20,000 bases of DNA from an uncultured virus (IMG/VR IMGVR_UViG_3300032092_001856) (IMGVR_UViG_3300032092_001856), one strand, 5' to 3'; shown: positions 8,589 through 16,594, counted from the stretch's first letter. The notes: a model not told the origin generated them from the sequence alone. A program made the numbers and translations.

Positions 8589-8797
8589 CTATTACTATTG
8601 AAGATCGAGACCTAACTGCTATACTATGTATAGTTGCAGAACTACGTGCTAGTGGGTTGGTGCAAGGGGTGCATTTTGACTTTGCCTACAATCAACGCCG
8701 TTGGGATCCTATGATTGGTGACGTTAAAGGCTTTACCAATTTTACATTCTACGAAGAAAAGTATTCAACTCTATTTGCATTAAAATATCTGTCATGA
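8585..8797 (+). CDS. FxL[RK]W-family small protein, copy 2
   Basis: Ends FTFYEEKYSTLFALKYLS; ATGA overlaps at both ends. Confidence 0.75.
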   Translation: MTITIEDRDLTAILCIVAELRASGLVQGVHFDFAYNQRRWDPMIGDVKGFTNFTFYEEKYSTLFALKYLS

Positions 8798-9120
8798 CTT
8801 TAGAAGAAGCAATATTAGAAGACGCGGCACAGAAGATATCTGATGATATTGATAAACAGGTGCTTAAAGGTATGGGTTATGTTTTTGATTACTATCTAGA
8901 GCACGGCCGAGGCACAATCTACGGTCAGGAGTATCTCTCAGTGGCTCCAATAAATGCAGAAGGCATGTGGAGTGACATGATGGCATGGATGATTAAGACA
9001 TTTGGTCCTACACCCTTTGATAGTATATGGACACCCGGTCAACGTTGGCATGTAAACAATGCCAAGTTTTGGTTCCGTGATGCTAAAGACCGTGATTGGT
9101 TTGTATTGAGGTGGTCATGA
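8794..9120 (+). CDS. FxL[RK]W-family small protein, copy 3
   Basis: MMAWM..TFG; ends FWFRDAKDRDWFVLRWS. Confidence 0.8.
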   Translation: MTLEEAILEDAAQKISDDIDKQVLKGMGYVFDYYLEHGRGTIYGQEYLSVAPINAEGMWSDMMAWMIKTFGPTPFDSIWTPGQRWHVNNAKFWFRDAKDRDWFVLRWS

Positions 9121-9350
9121 TCAAAGTGGACCCATACCCTTATATCAATACTGCACATTTTTATTGGCAGAATAACATTCCTTGTAATCCCGAGTCTTAC
9201 CATGAAGGTCACTGGGATAAAGATTTTGAGAATTGGTTATGTCCTATATATCGATGCCGAATCAAAGTTAGAAAAAAAGACGGCTCTATAAGATGGTTTG
9301 AATTTGATAATGATCAAGATGCCATTTGGTTTAAACTGAGGTGGTCATGA
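9117..9350 (+). CDS. FxL[RK]W-family small protein, copy 4
   Basis: FENWL; ends FEFDNDQDAIWFKLRWS. Confidence 0.8.
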   Translation: MIKVDPYPYINTAHFYWQNNIPCNPESYHEGHWDKDFENWLCPIYRCRIKVRKKDGSIRWFEFDNDQDAIWFKLRWS

Positions 9351-9628
9351 CGGGATTTGCAAGCAAACGATCAATGTCTGCACAAGCATTTATGCACATG
9401 TACAAACAGCCTACTAAGATCATTTGGCATCAACTGCCCGGACGCAAGCTCAAAGCCACTTGGTTGCCGCAAGCAAGAGGATTTGAAATGGGATTAAAAG
9501 AATCCGATATGGATCCAATCCAAAAGTGGTGCCAGGATTCAAACTGTGGCAAACGTATTAGTTTTGATATGTTTCAATTCAAAACAGATAAACAGATAAC
9601 AATGTTCTTATTAAGGTGGAGTTCCTAA
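9347..9628 (+). CDS. FxL[RK]W-family small protein, copy 5
   Basis: IQKWC...CGKR; ends FQFKTDKQITMFLLRWSS. Confidence 0.8.
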   Translation: MTGFASKRSMSAQAFMHMYKQPTKIIWHQLPGRKLKATWLPQARGFEMGLKESDMDPIQKWCQDSNCGKRISFDMFQFKTDKQITMFLLRWSS

Positions 9629-9843
9629 TGATTTTAAAAACATGTGAAGTAGGTATGTTTAGACTTCCAGGCATTACTATTGAGGCTGAAGAAGAAGAAA
9701 CTATTACAGAAGAACAACTTAAAGAAATGGAAGATTGGTGTAACAGTGAGTTTGGCAAAGGTATGCGTATGACTGAAAGACTGTTCAGCTTCCGAAAAGA
9801 AAGTCAAAGGGATTGGTTTATCTTAAGATGGAGTAAAACATGA
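9628..9843 (+). CDS. FxL[RK]W-family small protein, copy 6
   Basis: MEDWC...GMR; ends FSFRKESQRDWFILRWSKT. Confidence 0.8.
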   Translation: MILKTCEVGMFRLPGITIEAEEEETITEEQLKEMEDWCNSEFGKGMRMTERLFSFRKESQRDWFILRWSKT

Positions 9844-10082
9844 GCAGCCTAGCAGAATACTTTGAAGCTAATAGACCTAAGCCTAAATATCAAGTTGGCG
9901 ATAGAATTGAAGGTATATATCAAAAGATTCCCTACGTTGGAACTGTATATACAGACAACATGCGTAGCGAACTAGAAGGACCTATGGTTAGTGTACACTT
10001 AGACTTGCCCATGAAGATTGGAAAGACTTGGCACGAATACATACGTGTTACATATAAAGACATTAAAGGACTACGTAAATGA
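9840..10082 (+). CDS. Hypothetical protein, possible SH3-like barrel
   Basis: KYQVGDRIEG...VGTV pattern; ATGA coupling. Confidence 0.7.
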   Translation: MSSLAEYFEANRPKPKYQVGDRIEGIYQKIPYVGTVYTDNMRSELEGPMVSVHLDLPMKIGKTWHEYIRVTYKDIKGLRK

Positions 10083-10315
10083 ACGGAACACCCTCAAGCT
10101 CTAGCCCAGGCATATCAGGCTTTATTGAAATATTCGACGGTCGATTGAATAAGATGAAGTTGCACCTTAAAGAAGAATTGACTAAGGCCAAACACGATAG
10201 AGACCGTAAAGCAATAAGCAGGATTATTGCTGATGCTAGGAAGCTAAACAAGACACTGAAAGAAATGCGTAATGCCAATACCAAACTGTGTCCACATTGC
10301 GGAGAAAAATTATGA
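10079..10315 (+). CDS. Hypothetical helical protein with C-terminal CPHCG
   Basis: ORF coupled at both ends; ends LCPHCGEKL. Confidence 0.7.
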   Translation: MNGTPSSSSPGISGFIEIFDGRLNKMKLHLKEELTKAKHDRDRKAISRIIADARKLNKTLKEMRNANTKLCPHCGEKL

Positions 10316-10707
10316 TTAAAGGAATAAACTCAAGCGGACGCTACTTAACTGTATCAGGAGGAAGCCCTTCTAGTACTTACATCAGTCCAGGTAGTGTTGG
10401 TGCGGGAATGTTACGATATAATAGTAATATGACCTGCATTGAAGTCAATGACGGCAACATGTGGAAACAATTAGAAACAGGGTATGCAACTGTTGAGTTG
10501 AATCCAGAAACAGAGAGTCTATTAGAATGGGCAAGGCTAGAACGTACTAAGCAACGAGTCCTTGCAGAACGTATTGAACAAAACCCTGCGCTGAAGAAAG
10601 CCTATGAAGCAGTACTACGAGCACAGGAAAACTTTGATATCCTAGATACGATTGCAGGCAATGAAGCTCCTGGCATAGTTGTAGGCTATAACTTTAACAC
10701 ACCATGA
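10312..10707 (+). CDS. Hypothetical phage protein
   Basis: ATG 10312 (MIKGINSSG) behind GGAG; GMLRYN...IEV.DG..W motif and C-terminal helix. Confidence 0.75.
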   Translation: MIKGINSSGRYLTVSGGSPSSTYISPGSVGAGMLRYNSNMTCIEVNDGNMWKQLETGYATVELNPETESLLEWARLERTKQRVLAERIEQNPALKKAYEAVLRAQENFDILDTIAGNEAPGIVVGYNFNTP

Positions 10708-11513
10708 AGAAAACACTAGTGGCTATTGCCCTGTATGCCGCGGGCTTTTGTTATGCTGGAGGTAGCTATGCTCTCTACAACTACGATAGAGAAGAATGGC
10801 AAGTAAGCTATAACTCATACGAAGTACGTAGCATTGCCAGCATTACCAAACTGTTTACTGCTGTGACTATCCTGCGCAGTGGTGTTGACTTAGACGAAAA
10901 GGTCAAGATCACAGGCAGGTCAAGTGGACGCTTCCCACGTGGCATGATGACCACTCGTATGGACTTAATGAAGGCCATGTTAATCTCTAGCGATAACCTA
11001 GCGGCTGAAACACTAGCCAATACCTACCCAGGTGGATTTGATGTCTACTTAGAAGATGCTAATCGTTGGATCACCGGTTGGGGATTGATCAATACTCGTG
11101 TAGTAGATGCTAGTGGATTACTGGCAGGCAATGTCAGTAACGTAAACGATCTAGTCAAGTTTCTAGCAAAAATACAGGGCAACAGTGTTATCCGTGATAT
11201 AACCAAAGAACGTAATACCACAGTGAGTGTGCCAAAAGGCAAGAAGACATTGACTATTAATCTCAAGAACACTAACTCAACCTTGTTCCAGTTTGATAAC
11301 ATCCTAATCAGCAAGACTGGCACTACCAATGCCGCAGGCAAGTGTGTGGTTATGATAGTAGAGAAAGCTGGAAGTCCTTATGCTGTGGTTATCCTTGGAC
11401 AAAAGAACTCACAGGAACGAGCCACATTGGCTAGCAATCTAATTACCATTAAACCAAATCCAAAGCCAGTAGAAGTTGAACCTGTATCAATAGACTTTAA
11501 GTTTCCAATATAA
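10704..11513 (+). CDS. Peptidase S11 D-Ala-D-Ala carboxy/endopeptidase (DacC/PBP7-like), exported
   Basis: Signal peptide; SxxK (ASITK), SxN (SDN) and KTG motifs of penicillin-binding serine peptidases. Confidence 0.9.
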   Translation: MKKTLVAIALYAAGFCYAGGSYALYNYDREEWQVSYNSYEVRSIASITKLFTAVTILRSGVDLDEKVKITGRSSGRFPRGMMTTRMDLMKAMLISSDNLAAETLANTYPGGFDVYLEDANRWITGWGLINTRVVDASGLLAGNVSNVNDLVKFLAKIQGNSVIRDITKERNTTVSVPKGKKTLTINLKNTNSTLFQFDNILISKTGTTNAAGKCVVMIVEKAGSPYAVVILGQKNSQERATLASNLITIKPNPKPVEVEPVSIDFKFPI

Positions 11514-11884
11514 TGGCAGTATCCGGAATGAACGATAAGGGATTGGATTGGGACAGTAGGACTGGACCAATAGGTGCTCCACGAGGCAAGATTGATCATG
11601 AGGTTATCGTTATAGACAATCAAGCAGTTCGCATATACACAATAACGGCACACACATTTAGGATGGGCGATGTTGAAGATCCAATACTCTATGCCGCCCA
11701 ACCATTATATGAATGGGAGCATAGTGAAGAAGGACAATGGATTATGAAAAATGCAGTTGAAACACCAGAATGGCATAGACATGCAGATCCATTTAATTAT
11801 GGATACCAATTTGCTATCACAGCCAAACTCAAAGAACAAGACTATACACATTGGCTAATAAAGTGGAAGAAGCTGTCCGCTTAA
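11513..11884 (+). CDS. Hypothetical phage protein, distant FxLKW-like C-terminus
   Basis: GDVEDP.LYAAQPL..W..SE.GQW; ends DYTHWLIKWKKLSA. Confidence 0.75.
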   Translation: MAVSGMNDKGLDWDSRTGPIGAPRGKIDHEVIVIDNQAVRIYTITAHTFRMGDVEDPILYAAQPLYEWEHSEEGQWIMKNAVETPEWHRHADPFNYGYQFAITAKLKEQDYTHWLIKWKKLSA

Positions 11885-11897
11885 ACTCAAAAAACTA

Positions 11898-11926
11898 TTG
11901 ACAGGCCGCCCTATTGACTGTATAAT
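11898..11926 (+). promoter_or_regulatory. sigma70 consensus promoter
   Basis: TTGACA 11898-11903, 17 bp, TATAAT 11921-11926. Confidence 0.85.
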
Positions 11927-11955
11927 TAACGCATACAGACAACAGAGAGCGTACT

Positions 11956-12384
11956 ATGGAATATCTAGTTGAAGCAACAACCCCGCAGGTTAGCAAGTTC
12001 TTAGACAGCCTAATGCCTTCTATGATTGAGCAATTGGGGTTGACTCGCAGTCGTAGGGCGGTACTGGTTAAAGTTACAGATGAAATTGAAGAAGGCATGC
12101 AAGGTGCTACACTCAATATCGAAATTGCAGACTGTTACCTAGTATTGATTAAACAACCAAAACGAGTTACCAAAGCTAGCCTATTAGAAATGGGCACAAC
12201 ATTGGCACACGAAATGGTACACGTTAGACAATTGGCTAAAGGGCAGATGAAGTTCTTGCCAAATCAAGCAAGGATCTGGATGGGCAAGCGTTATAATAAG
12301 CGTACACATTATCTGGATCAACCCTGGGAATTGGATGCATTTGCACGTCAAGAGATCTTATTTAGAAAGGCAATTGAATTATGA
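11956..12384 (+). CDS. Putative zincin metallopeptidase
   Basis: TLAHEMVHVRQ (HExxH) and downstream PWE.DAF. Confidence 0.8.
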   Translation: MEYLVEATTPQVSKFLDSLMPSMIEQLGLTRSRRAVLVKVTDEIEEGMQGATLNIEIADCYLVLIKQPKRVTKASLLEMGTTLAHEMVHVRQLAKGQMKFLPNQARIWMGKRYNKRTHYLDQPWELDAFARQEILFRKAIEL

Positions 12385-12902
12385 TTACACTTAAAGAATG
12401 GATGGAAGTCACCAACTATCGTATCACTGAGGGCAGTGACTACTATGCCTACGGTGGAGCCTATGCGCTGTCATCGTGGAGCGGTGATCAAGATGGCTAC
12501 AGTTTAGAGATCATCTTTGATCAAAAGACGCAAGAAGTCTATGAAGTACAGGCCTGCGACTACAAACACAACCGTGCCTATCGTTTAATTAACGAAGACT
12601 ACAAACACAATCCTAGAGACAACGAAGCTTGGGATGATGTCAAATGGATTGATCTAGAGTGCGACGACGACTGGATCCAAAAGGCTCTGAGCATTGTAGC
12701 AGGTGAAGACTACGATACCCGCGTGAGCATACCAATTGACATGCCCGATGCAGAGCTACTTAAATACATGAAGCTGGCACATGAGCGTGACGTTACCTTT
12801 AATCAACTGGTTGAAGAGGCTCTTCGCGAAGCTATCAAGGGCTATGAGCAGGATCCGGAAGCGGCACGTCAACGAGCACAAGATTGGATAAATCGTGATT
12901 GA
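12381..12902 (+). CDS. Hypothetical protein with possible C-terminal ribbon-helix-helix
   Basis: RVSIPIDMPDAEL...AHERDVTFNQLVEEAL resembles RHH; acidic N-terminal domain. Confidence 0.7.
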   Translation: MITLKEWMEVTNYRITEGSDYYAYGGAYALSSWSGDQDGYSLEIIFDQKTQEVYEVQACDYKHNRAYRLINEDYKHNPRDNEAWDDVKWIDLECDDDWIQKALSIVAGEDYDTRVSIPIDMPDAELLKYMKLAHERDVTFNQLVEEALREAIKGYEQDPEAARQRAQDWINRD

Positions 12903-13182
12903 AACACTATTATGCAAAGACTGCAAACACAGCTTTAGATCATGGGGTGACTGGTGGTTGCCCCCTAGTATTGCCCTACGCTGTCGTCTAAGGCATGTGG
13001 AAGCCAAGACTACTGTAGATCCTGTTACAGGACCTAAACACGAAGAGGCCTACTACGAACGATGCAGTGTGGCTCGTCAGACGTGGGCCTCTAAGCCTGA
13101 AAACTGTGGAGAAGGAGCCCAGTTCTGGCAACCCAAGCACAAGAAGGGCCTATTCAAATTGATTGCTAAATCTCATGTCTAA
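12895..13182 (+). CDS. Cys-rich hypothetical protein
   Basis: CKDCKH...C...C...CG..A.FW.PK. Confidence 0.7.
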   Translation: MIETLLCKDCKHSFRSWGDWWLPPSIALRCRLRHVEAKTTVDPVTGPKHEEAYYERCSVARQTWASKPENCGEGAQFWQPKHKKGLFKLIAKSHV

Positions 13183-13525
13183 GAAACGCACCCAACCCCA
13201 TACACTGTTGTTAGTTTGGGACTGCCTGGGGCTAGAGTACTCCTGCAATCTAACTGACTTTGAGAAGGACATGATGTGGGCGGCACTCAAAGGTGAGAAG
13301 CCCTCTGCTCGCATACCCCACTTGGACTTCCTGATACTCAGAGCCAGAGCCAACCCCCAGCGTAACTATGAGATCTATACAGTACAGGTAGACCCCGACG
13401 TGAGCCTAAAGGACATACAAGTCATGTTCAAAGACACGCCCCAGGAGATAGTGGATCTAGTACGTGCTAGAGGCCATAAGATCTACTCAGATAGACAGTA
13501 CAAAGAAGATAGGGTAATCCAGTGA
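13175..13525 (+). CDS. Hypothetical phage protein
   Basis: WDCLGLE...LRARANPQRNYEIY...PQ.IVDLVR.RG.KIYSDR; likely ATG 13175. Confidence 0.75.
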   Translation: MSKKRTQPHTLLLVWDCLGLEYSCNLTDFEKDMMWAALKGEKPSARIPHLDFLILRARANPQRNYEIYTVQVDPDVSLKDIQVMFKDTPQEIVDLVRARGHKIYSDRQYKEDRVIQ

Positions 13526-13713
13526 AGACCCTAGCCTTAGTTGTCATAGCCTCCGTAATAGCCGTGGCCCTGACCTGGGCGATTTGGTTCATAGCGCCCC
13601 GCGAAGAATACAGGGTCTATGACTGCAGCCTAGCCGAATTCCATCCCGATTACCCTCCAGCTGTACGTGAAGAGTGCAGACGAATTAGAAGTGAACAAAA
13701 GAACTACATATGA
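13522..13713 (+). CDS. Small single-pass membrane protein
   Basis: N-terminal TM helix; YDCSLAEFHPDYP..VREECR. Confidence 0.7.
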   Translation: MKTLALVVIASVIAVALTWAIWFIAPREEYRVYDCSLAEFHPDYPPAVREECRRIRSEQKNYI

Positions 13714-14075
13714 CATTTGAACTAACGTGGCTTGATCTAGGCCTGATTGTGGTATTGGCCTATGCGTGGGGCCGTTATGCACAGTGGCGTATCAACATGC
13801 ACAATCTTCTGAACAATCCCCAAAGAATTTCTGACATACTTGCCAAATATGCAGAAGTCACTGCTGTTGAACAGACCCCAAAAGATGTAGAAATAGAACT
13901 ACGTGTAGAATGGGTAGCAGATCAATGCTACATATACCGCAAGGATACCAATGAGTTTATGGCACAGGGCATGGACATTACCCAAGCGATCAATGCCATT
14001 GACTCCCGTGTTCATCAAGGTGCATTTGTAGTGCCCAAAGAAATGGCTACAAAACCACAAGAAAATCAACCATAA
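13710..14075 (+). CDS. Membrane-anchored hypothetical protein
   Basis: N-terminal hydrophobic segment; Y.Y.KDT.EFMAQG motif. Confidence 0.7.
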   Translation: MTFELTWLDLGLIVVLAYAWGRYAQWRINMHNLLNNPQRISDILAKYAEVTAVEQTPKDVEIELRVEWVADQCYIYRKDTNEFMAQGMDITQAINAIDSRVHQGAFVVPKEMATKPQENQP

Positions 14076-14151
14076 TGCTAGCACTAGCAGACTAGGCCTG
14101 CTATAATAGTAACACTGCGCAACGCAGATAAACATAAAAAAAGGAAAAATC

Positions 14152-14415
14152 ATGTTTAACACAGAAACAAAGACATACAAACTTTTCACTGCTCTACACC
14201 GGGGCGAGAAAGTAACTCCAGCTCAGGCAACCAAGCGTTTTGGCATTAAAAATATGTCAGCAGAAGTTAGCCGTATCCGTCAAGCAGGCTACGCTGTTTA
14301 TGCAAACAAGCGCCAAGCAGGCAACGGTGTTGCAGTAACTGAGTATGTTATTGGCAAGCCAAGTCGTAAGATTGTAGCCGCTGGTTACAAGGCTCTTGCT
14401 ATGGGCCTAGTCTAA
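14152..14415 (+). CDS. Winged-HTH-like small basic DNA-binding protein
   Basis: L..GEKVTPAQA.KRFGI.N.SA.VS.IR..GY; own extended -10 promoter (TGcTATAAT 14099-14107), AAGG RBS and downstream terminator. Confidence 0.7.
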   Translation: MFNTETKTYKLFTALHRGEKVTPAQATKRFGIKNMSAEVSRIRQAGYAVYANKRQAGNGVAVTEYVIGKPSRKIVAAGYKALAMGLV

Positions 14416-14449
14416 CTAGCAACCCTTAGAGTACCCACTCTATAAACAT

Positions 14450-14473
14450 AAGCCCCTTAATTGGGGCTTTCTT
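14450..14473 (+). terminator. Intrinsic terminator between convergent genes
   Basis: AAGCCCC-TTAATT-GGGGCTT followed by TCTT. Confidence 0.75.
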
Positions 14474-14485
14474 ATGACTGAGTAC

Positions 14486-14805
14486 AAAGGCCCCGCTGTT
14501 AAAATACACGTAGTTGATCTGGATACTTTAACAGTAACCAAGTGAGTGCGGGACAAGCTTCTGTTTCAATGCGCCAAATCCAATAGGATTCATCTGCATG
14601 TATATACGCACCAGTGTGCATGAGTAGACCGTTATCTTGACAATAACGATAAATTATATCAATTTCACTGCTATTACTGGCACAGGTTACACATACACGC
14701 ATAGTAATATATTTAACAGTATATACGCAATATACAGCTAAAGGCCCCGCTGTGGCATTCTCCCTATATACACATGCAAGCGTATATACACTAAAGGCCC
14801 CGCTG
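14486..14805 (+). repeat. Three copies of 13-mer AAAGGCCCCGCTG
   Basis: Exact copies at 14486-14498, 14740-14752 and 14793-14805. Confidence 0.9.
14499..14702 (-). CDS. Small hypothetical protein
   Basis: 67-aa ORF with TAAATA late-type core just upstream (14715-14710); ends LTWLLLKYP, similar to the FxLKW family. Confidence 0.55.
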   Translation of the reverse strand: MRVCVTCASNSSEIDIIYRYCQDNGLLMHTGAYIHADESYWIWRIETEACPALTWLLLKYPDQLRVF

Positions 14806-15478
14806 CGAAGGATCTAGAAAGAATCAAGGAGTTGCCAGAAGTCCTGTAGTGCGCGAAGCGCACACGCAGACGCTGAAAGAATTTTGAATCTAGAAGAGCT
14901 CGCGCTAGAATGGTCTAGAACAGTGGTTAGAATGGTGAAAACTTTGGTTGAGAATGGTGAAAAGTATTTGAGCATAGCCTCTCCACCCCACCCTGACCAC
15001 CGTTTGCGGCACCATTAGACCGTGGCCCCAAGGCCTTCTATTGGCTCTTTATCACGAATCCGTTGCACTTTATTGCACTTTGTCACACTTTTTCACACAA
15101 TTCTAAGTTTGAGCCTTGCTTGTAGAAGCGTATACGCATGGGGCTAGCATCTAGATTGCACTTTTCCACATTCTAGATGGACGGTTCTAGACTGTATTAA
15201 CTCTTGTATATACAGTATCAGACCGGAACTCCATATAGATCACTGTGAGTGTATATGACTGCGTATACGCATATAGACTCTACTAGTGTATATACAGTGA
15301 TATCATTCATTAGTATTACTAGAATTGTCATGTGCATGTATATACAGTAATGAGCCGAGGATATTCGATTATGTTTATGTGAATATAGGGCCGGGGACAG
15401 TTCAAAAATTGTATATATAGAGGCGGGATTAATACTTCTGTTTACAATTTTTCTATGTGTATAAGTCTGTTAGTAACC

Positions 15479-15568
15479 TGTGGATAACCTAGTTGTGGAT
15501 AACGTGTGGGAATCCTGTGGATAACTTTGCAAAATCTGCAGCGAAAAGTTATCCACATGTTATCCACA
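15479..15568. promoter_or_regulatory. Cluster of DnaA boxes (oriC-like)
   Basis: TGTGGATAA at 15479, 15494, 15516; TTATCCACA at 15549, 15560; degenerate TGTGGGAAT at 15505. Confidence 0.9.
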
Positions 15569-15645
15569 GGCCCAGTTAGCGCCAACTAACTTAGGTCTTA
15601 CGCCCGCAGTCGCCGTCCACCCCCACCTTGTTCGAACATGTCATT

Positions 15646-15674
15646 ATTATAGTGCCTTTTGGCAGAGTTGTCAA
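15646..15674 (-). promoter_or_regulatory. sigma70 consensus promoter directed into the DnaA-box cluster
   Basis: TTGACA (15674-15669), 17 bp, TATAAT (15651-15646). Confidence 0.8.
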
Positions 15675-15710
15675 CTACCCTACGGTCTGTGTGTGTTCTT
15701 TTAGCCACAG

Positions 15711-15739
15711 TTGACAGTTTGAGCTATCTGCGCTATAAT
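15711..15739 (+). promoter_or_regulatory. Early-type sigma70 promoter
   Basis: TTGACA-17-TATAAT. Confidence 0.85.
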
Positions 15740-15764
15740 TACGCTATAAACAAAAAAGGAAAAG

Positions 15765-15914
15765 ATGTACGCAATTATTAACGTTAATACTAAAACTATT
15801 AACTATTATACAACCGAAAATGCCGCTTCAGAAGCGTGTCGCGCTTATAATGTATTACCGGGCCATAAAGTTTATATTATAGACTTTACATTATCATTAA
15901 TCGAACAATTATAA
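15765..15914 (+). CDS. Small hypothetical protein (49 aa)
   Basis: MYAIINVNTKTINYYTTENAASEACRAYNVLPGHKVYIIDFTLSLIEQL*; AAGGA RBS downstream of a promoter. Confidence 0.7.
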   Translation: MYAIINVNTKTINYYTTENAASEACRAYNVLPGHKVYIIDFTLSLIEQL

Positions 15915-15925
15915 AAAGGATTATC

Positions 15926-16075
15926 ATGTCAGAAACTATTACTACAAAAGATAAACTTACTAGTTTAATGTTGCAAATGCAAGAGATTATCATGGAGGAT
16001 TATGAAGATAATGAAGATATACAAGATGCATTTAATGCATTAGCTTGTGCATTTGATTATTATATAGAAGATTAA
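15926..16075 (+). CDS. Acidic mini-protein (49 aa), paralog A
   Basis: MSETITTKDKLTSLMLQMQEIIMEDYEDNEDIQDAFNALACAFDYYIED*; AAGGA RBS; paralog at 18789. Confidence 0.85.
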   Translation: MSETITTKDKLTSLMLQMQEIIMEDYEDNEDIQDAFNALACAFDYYIED

Positions 16076-16086
16076 TATTATCTAAT

Positions 16087-16131
16087 AACAAAGACCCGCC
16101 AGTTGACAGGGTCTTTGTTTTGTGCTATAAT
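16087..16131 (+). promoter_or_regulatory. Promoter cassette with inverted repeat
   Basis: AACAAAGACCC-N11-GGGTCTTTGTT enclosing TTGACA 16103-16108; TATAAT 16126-16131. Confidence 0.85.
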
Positions 16132-16158
16132 ATACACTTACTAACAAGGAGCGACACT

Positions 16159-16398
16159 ATGTTAACATCTGCACAATGCAACGCTATAAACAGCGTGGGG
16201 CCACACTATAGTATTAACTTTAAACAGTTTGAGGCACGGGACGAGATGGAAGATTGCGAACAGTTAGCAGAGGGGCTCGTAGCAGAGGCAACTGCCTTTA
16301 CAGTTCGCGAGGACTTGGGAGGCATCACAGTATACTTAAAAGATAGTACTTTAGTTGCATTCTACGATTACGAGAACTTTGTGGGACACGTGTTTTAA
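16159..16398 (+). CDS. Small acidic hypothetical protein
   Basis: ATG 16159 behind AAGGAGC; EDLGGITVY...VAFYDYE. Confidence 0.8.
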   Translation: MLTSAQCNAINSVGPHYSINFKQFEARDEMEDCEQLAEGLVAEATAFTVREDLGGITVYLKDSTLVAFYDYENFVGHVF

Positions 16399-16412
16399 GC
16401 TCGTTTTAGCTA

Positions 16413-16454
16413 GTTTGGGGCCTTGTAAGTTGTTGATTTATATAGGCCCCAAAC
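16413..16454. promoter_or_regulatory. 11-bp inverted repeat enclosing an IHF consensus site
   Basis: GTTTGGGGCCT / AGGCCCCAAAC arms; minus strand AATCAA-CAAC-TTA (16438-16426) matches WATCAANNNNTTR. Confidence 0.65.
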
Positions 16455-16559
16455 GTGTTTACAGCGTTAAATTCGCTCGTGTGCTCACTATTGCACAAAA
16501 GATGTCTAATATTGCTGTAAACCGCGTTGTAAAAAAGCCACACTGCGAGTGCGGGGCAG

Positions 16560-16588
16560 TTGACAGTTTGGCTAGATCATTGTATAAT
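16560..16588 (+). promoter_or_regulatory. Early-type sigma70 promoter (leaderless transcript)
   Basis: TTGACA 16560-16565, 17 bp, TATAAT 16583-16588; ATG at 16595. Confidence 0.85.
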
Positions 16589-16594
16589 TAACAC

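Noticed and set aside
8268..9843. Diversity-generating retroelement or shufflon
   Set aside because: No reverse transcriptase or recombinase in the window, no adenine-specific TR/VR pair, and no inverted cassettes.
14486..15568. CRISPR array or mini-array
   Set aside because: Repeats are only 9-19 bp with irregular spacing, and there are no cas genes in the window.
15479..15568. Bacterial chromosomal oriC
   Set aside because: No dnaA, gidA or rpmH context; both flanks are phage-type genes and promoters. Chimeric assembly cannot be fully excluded without reads.
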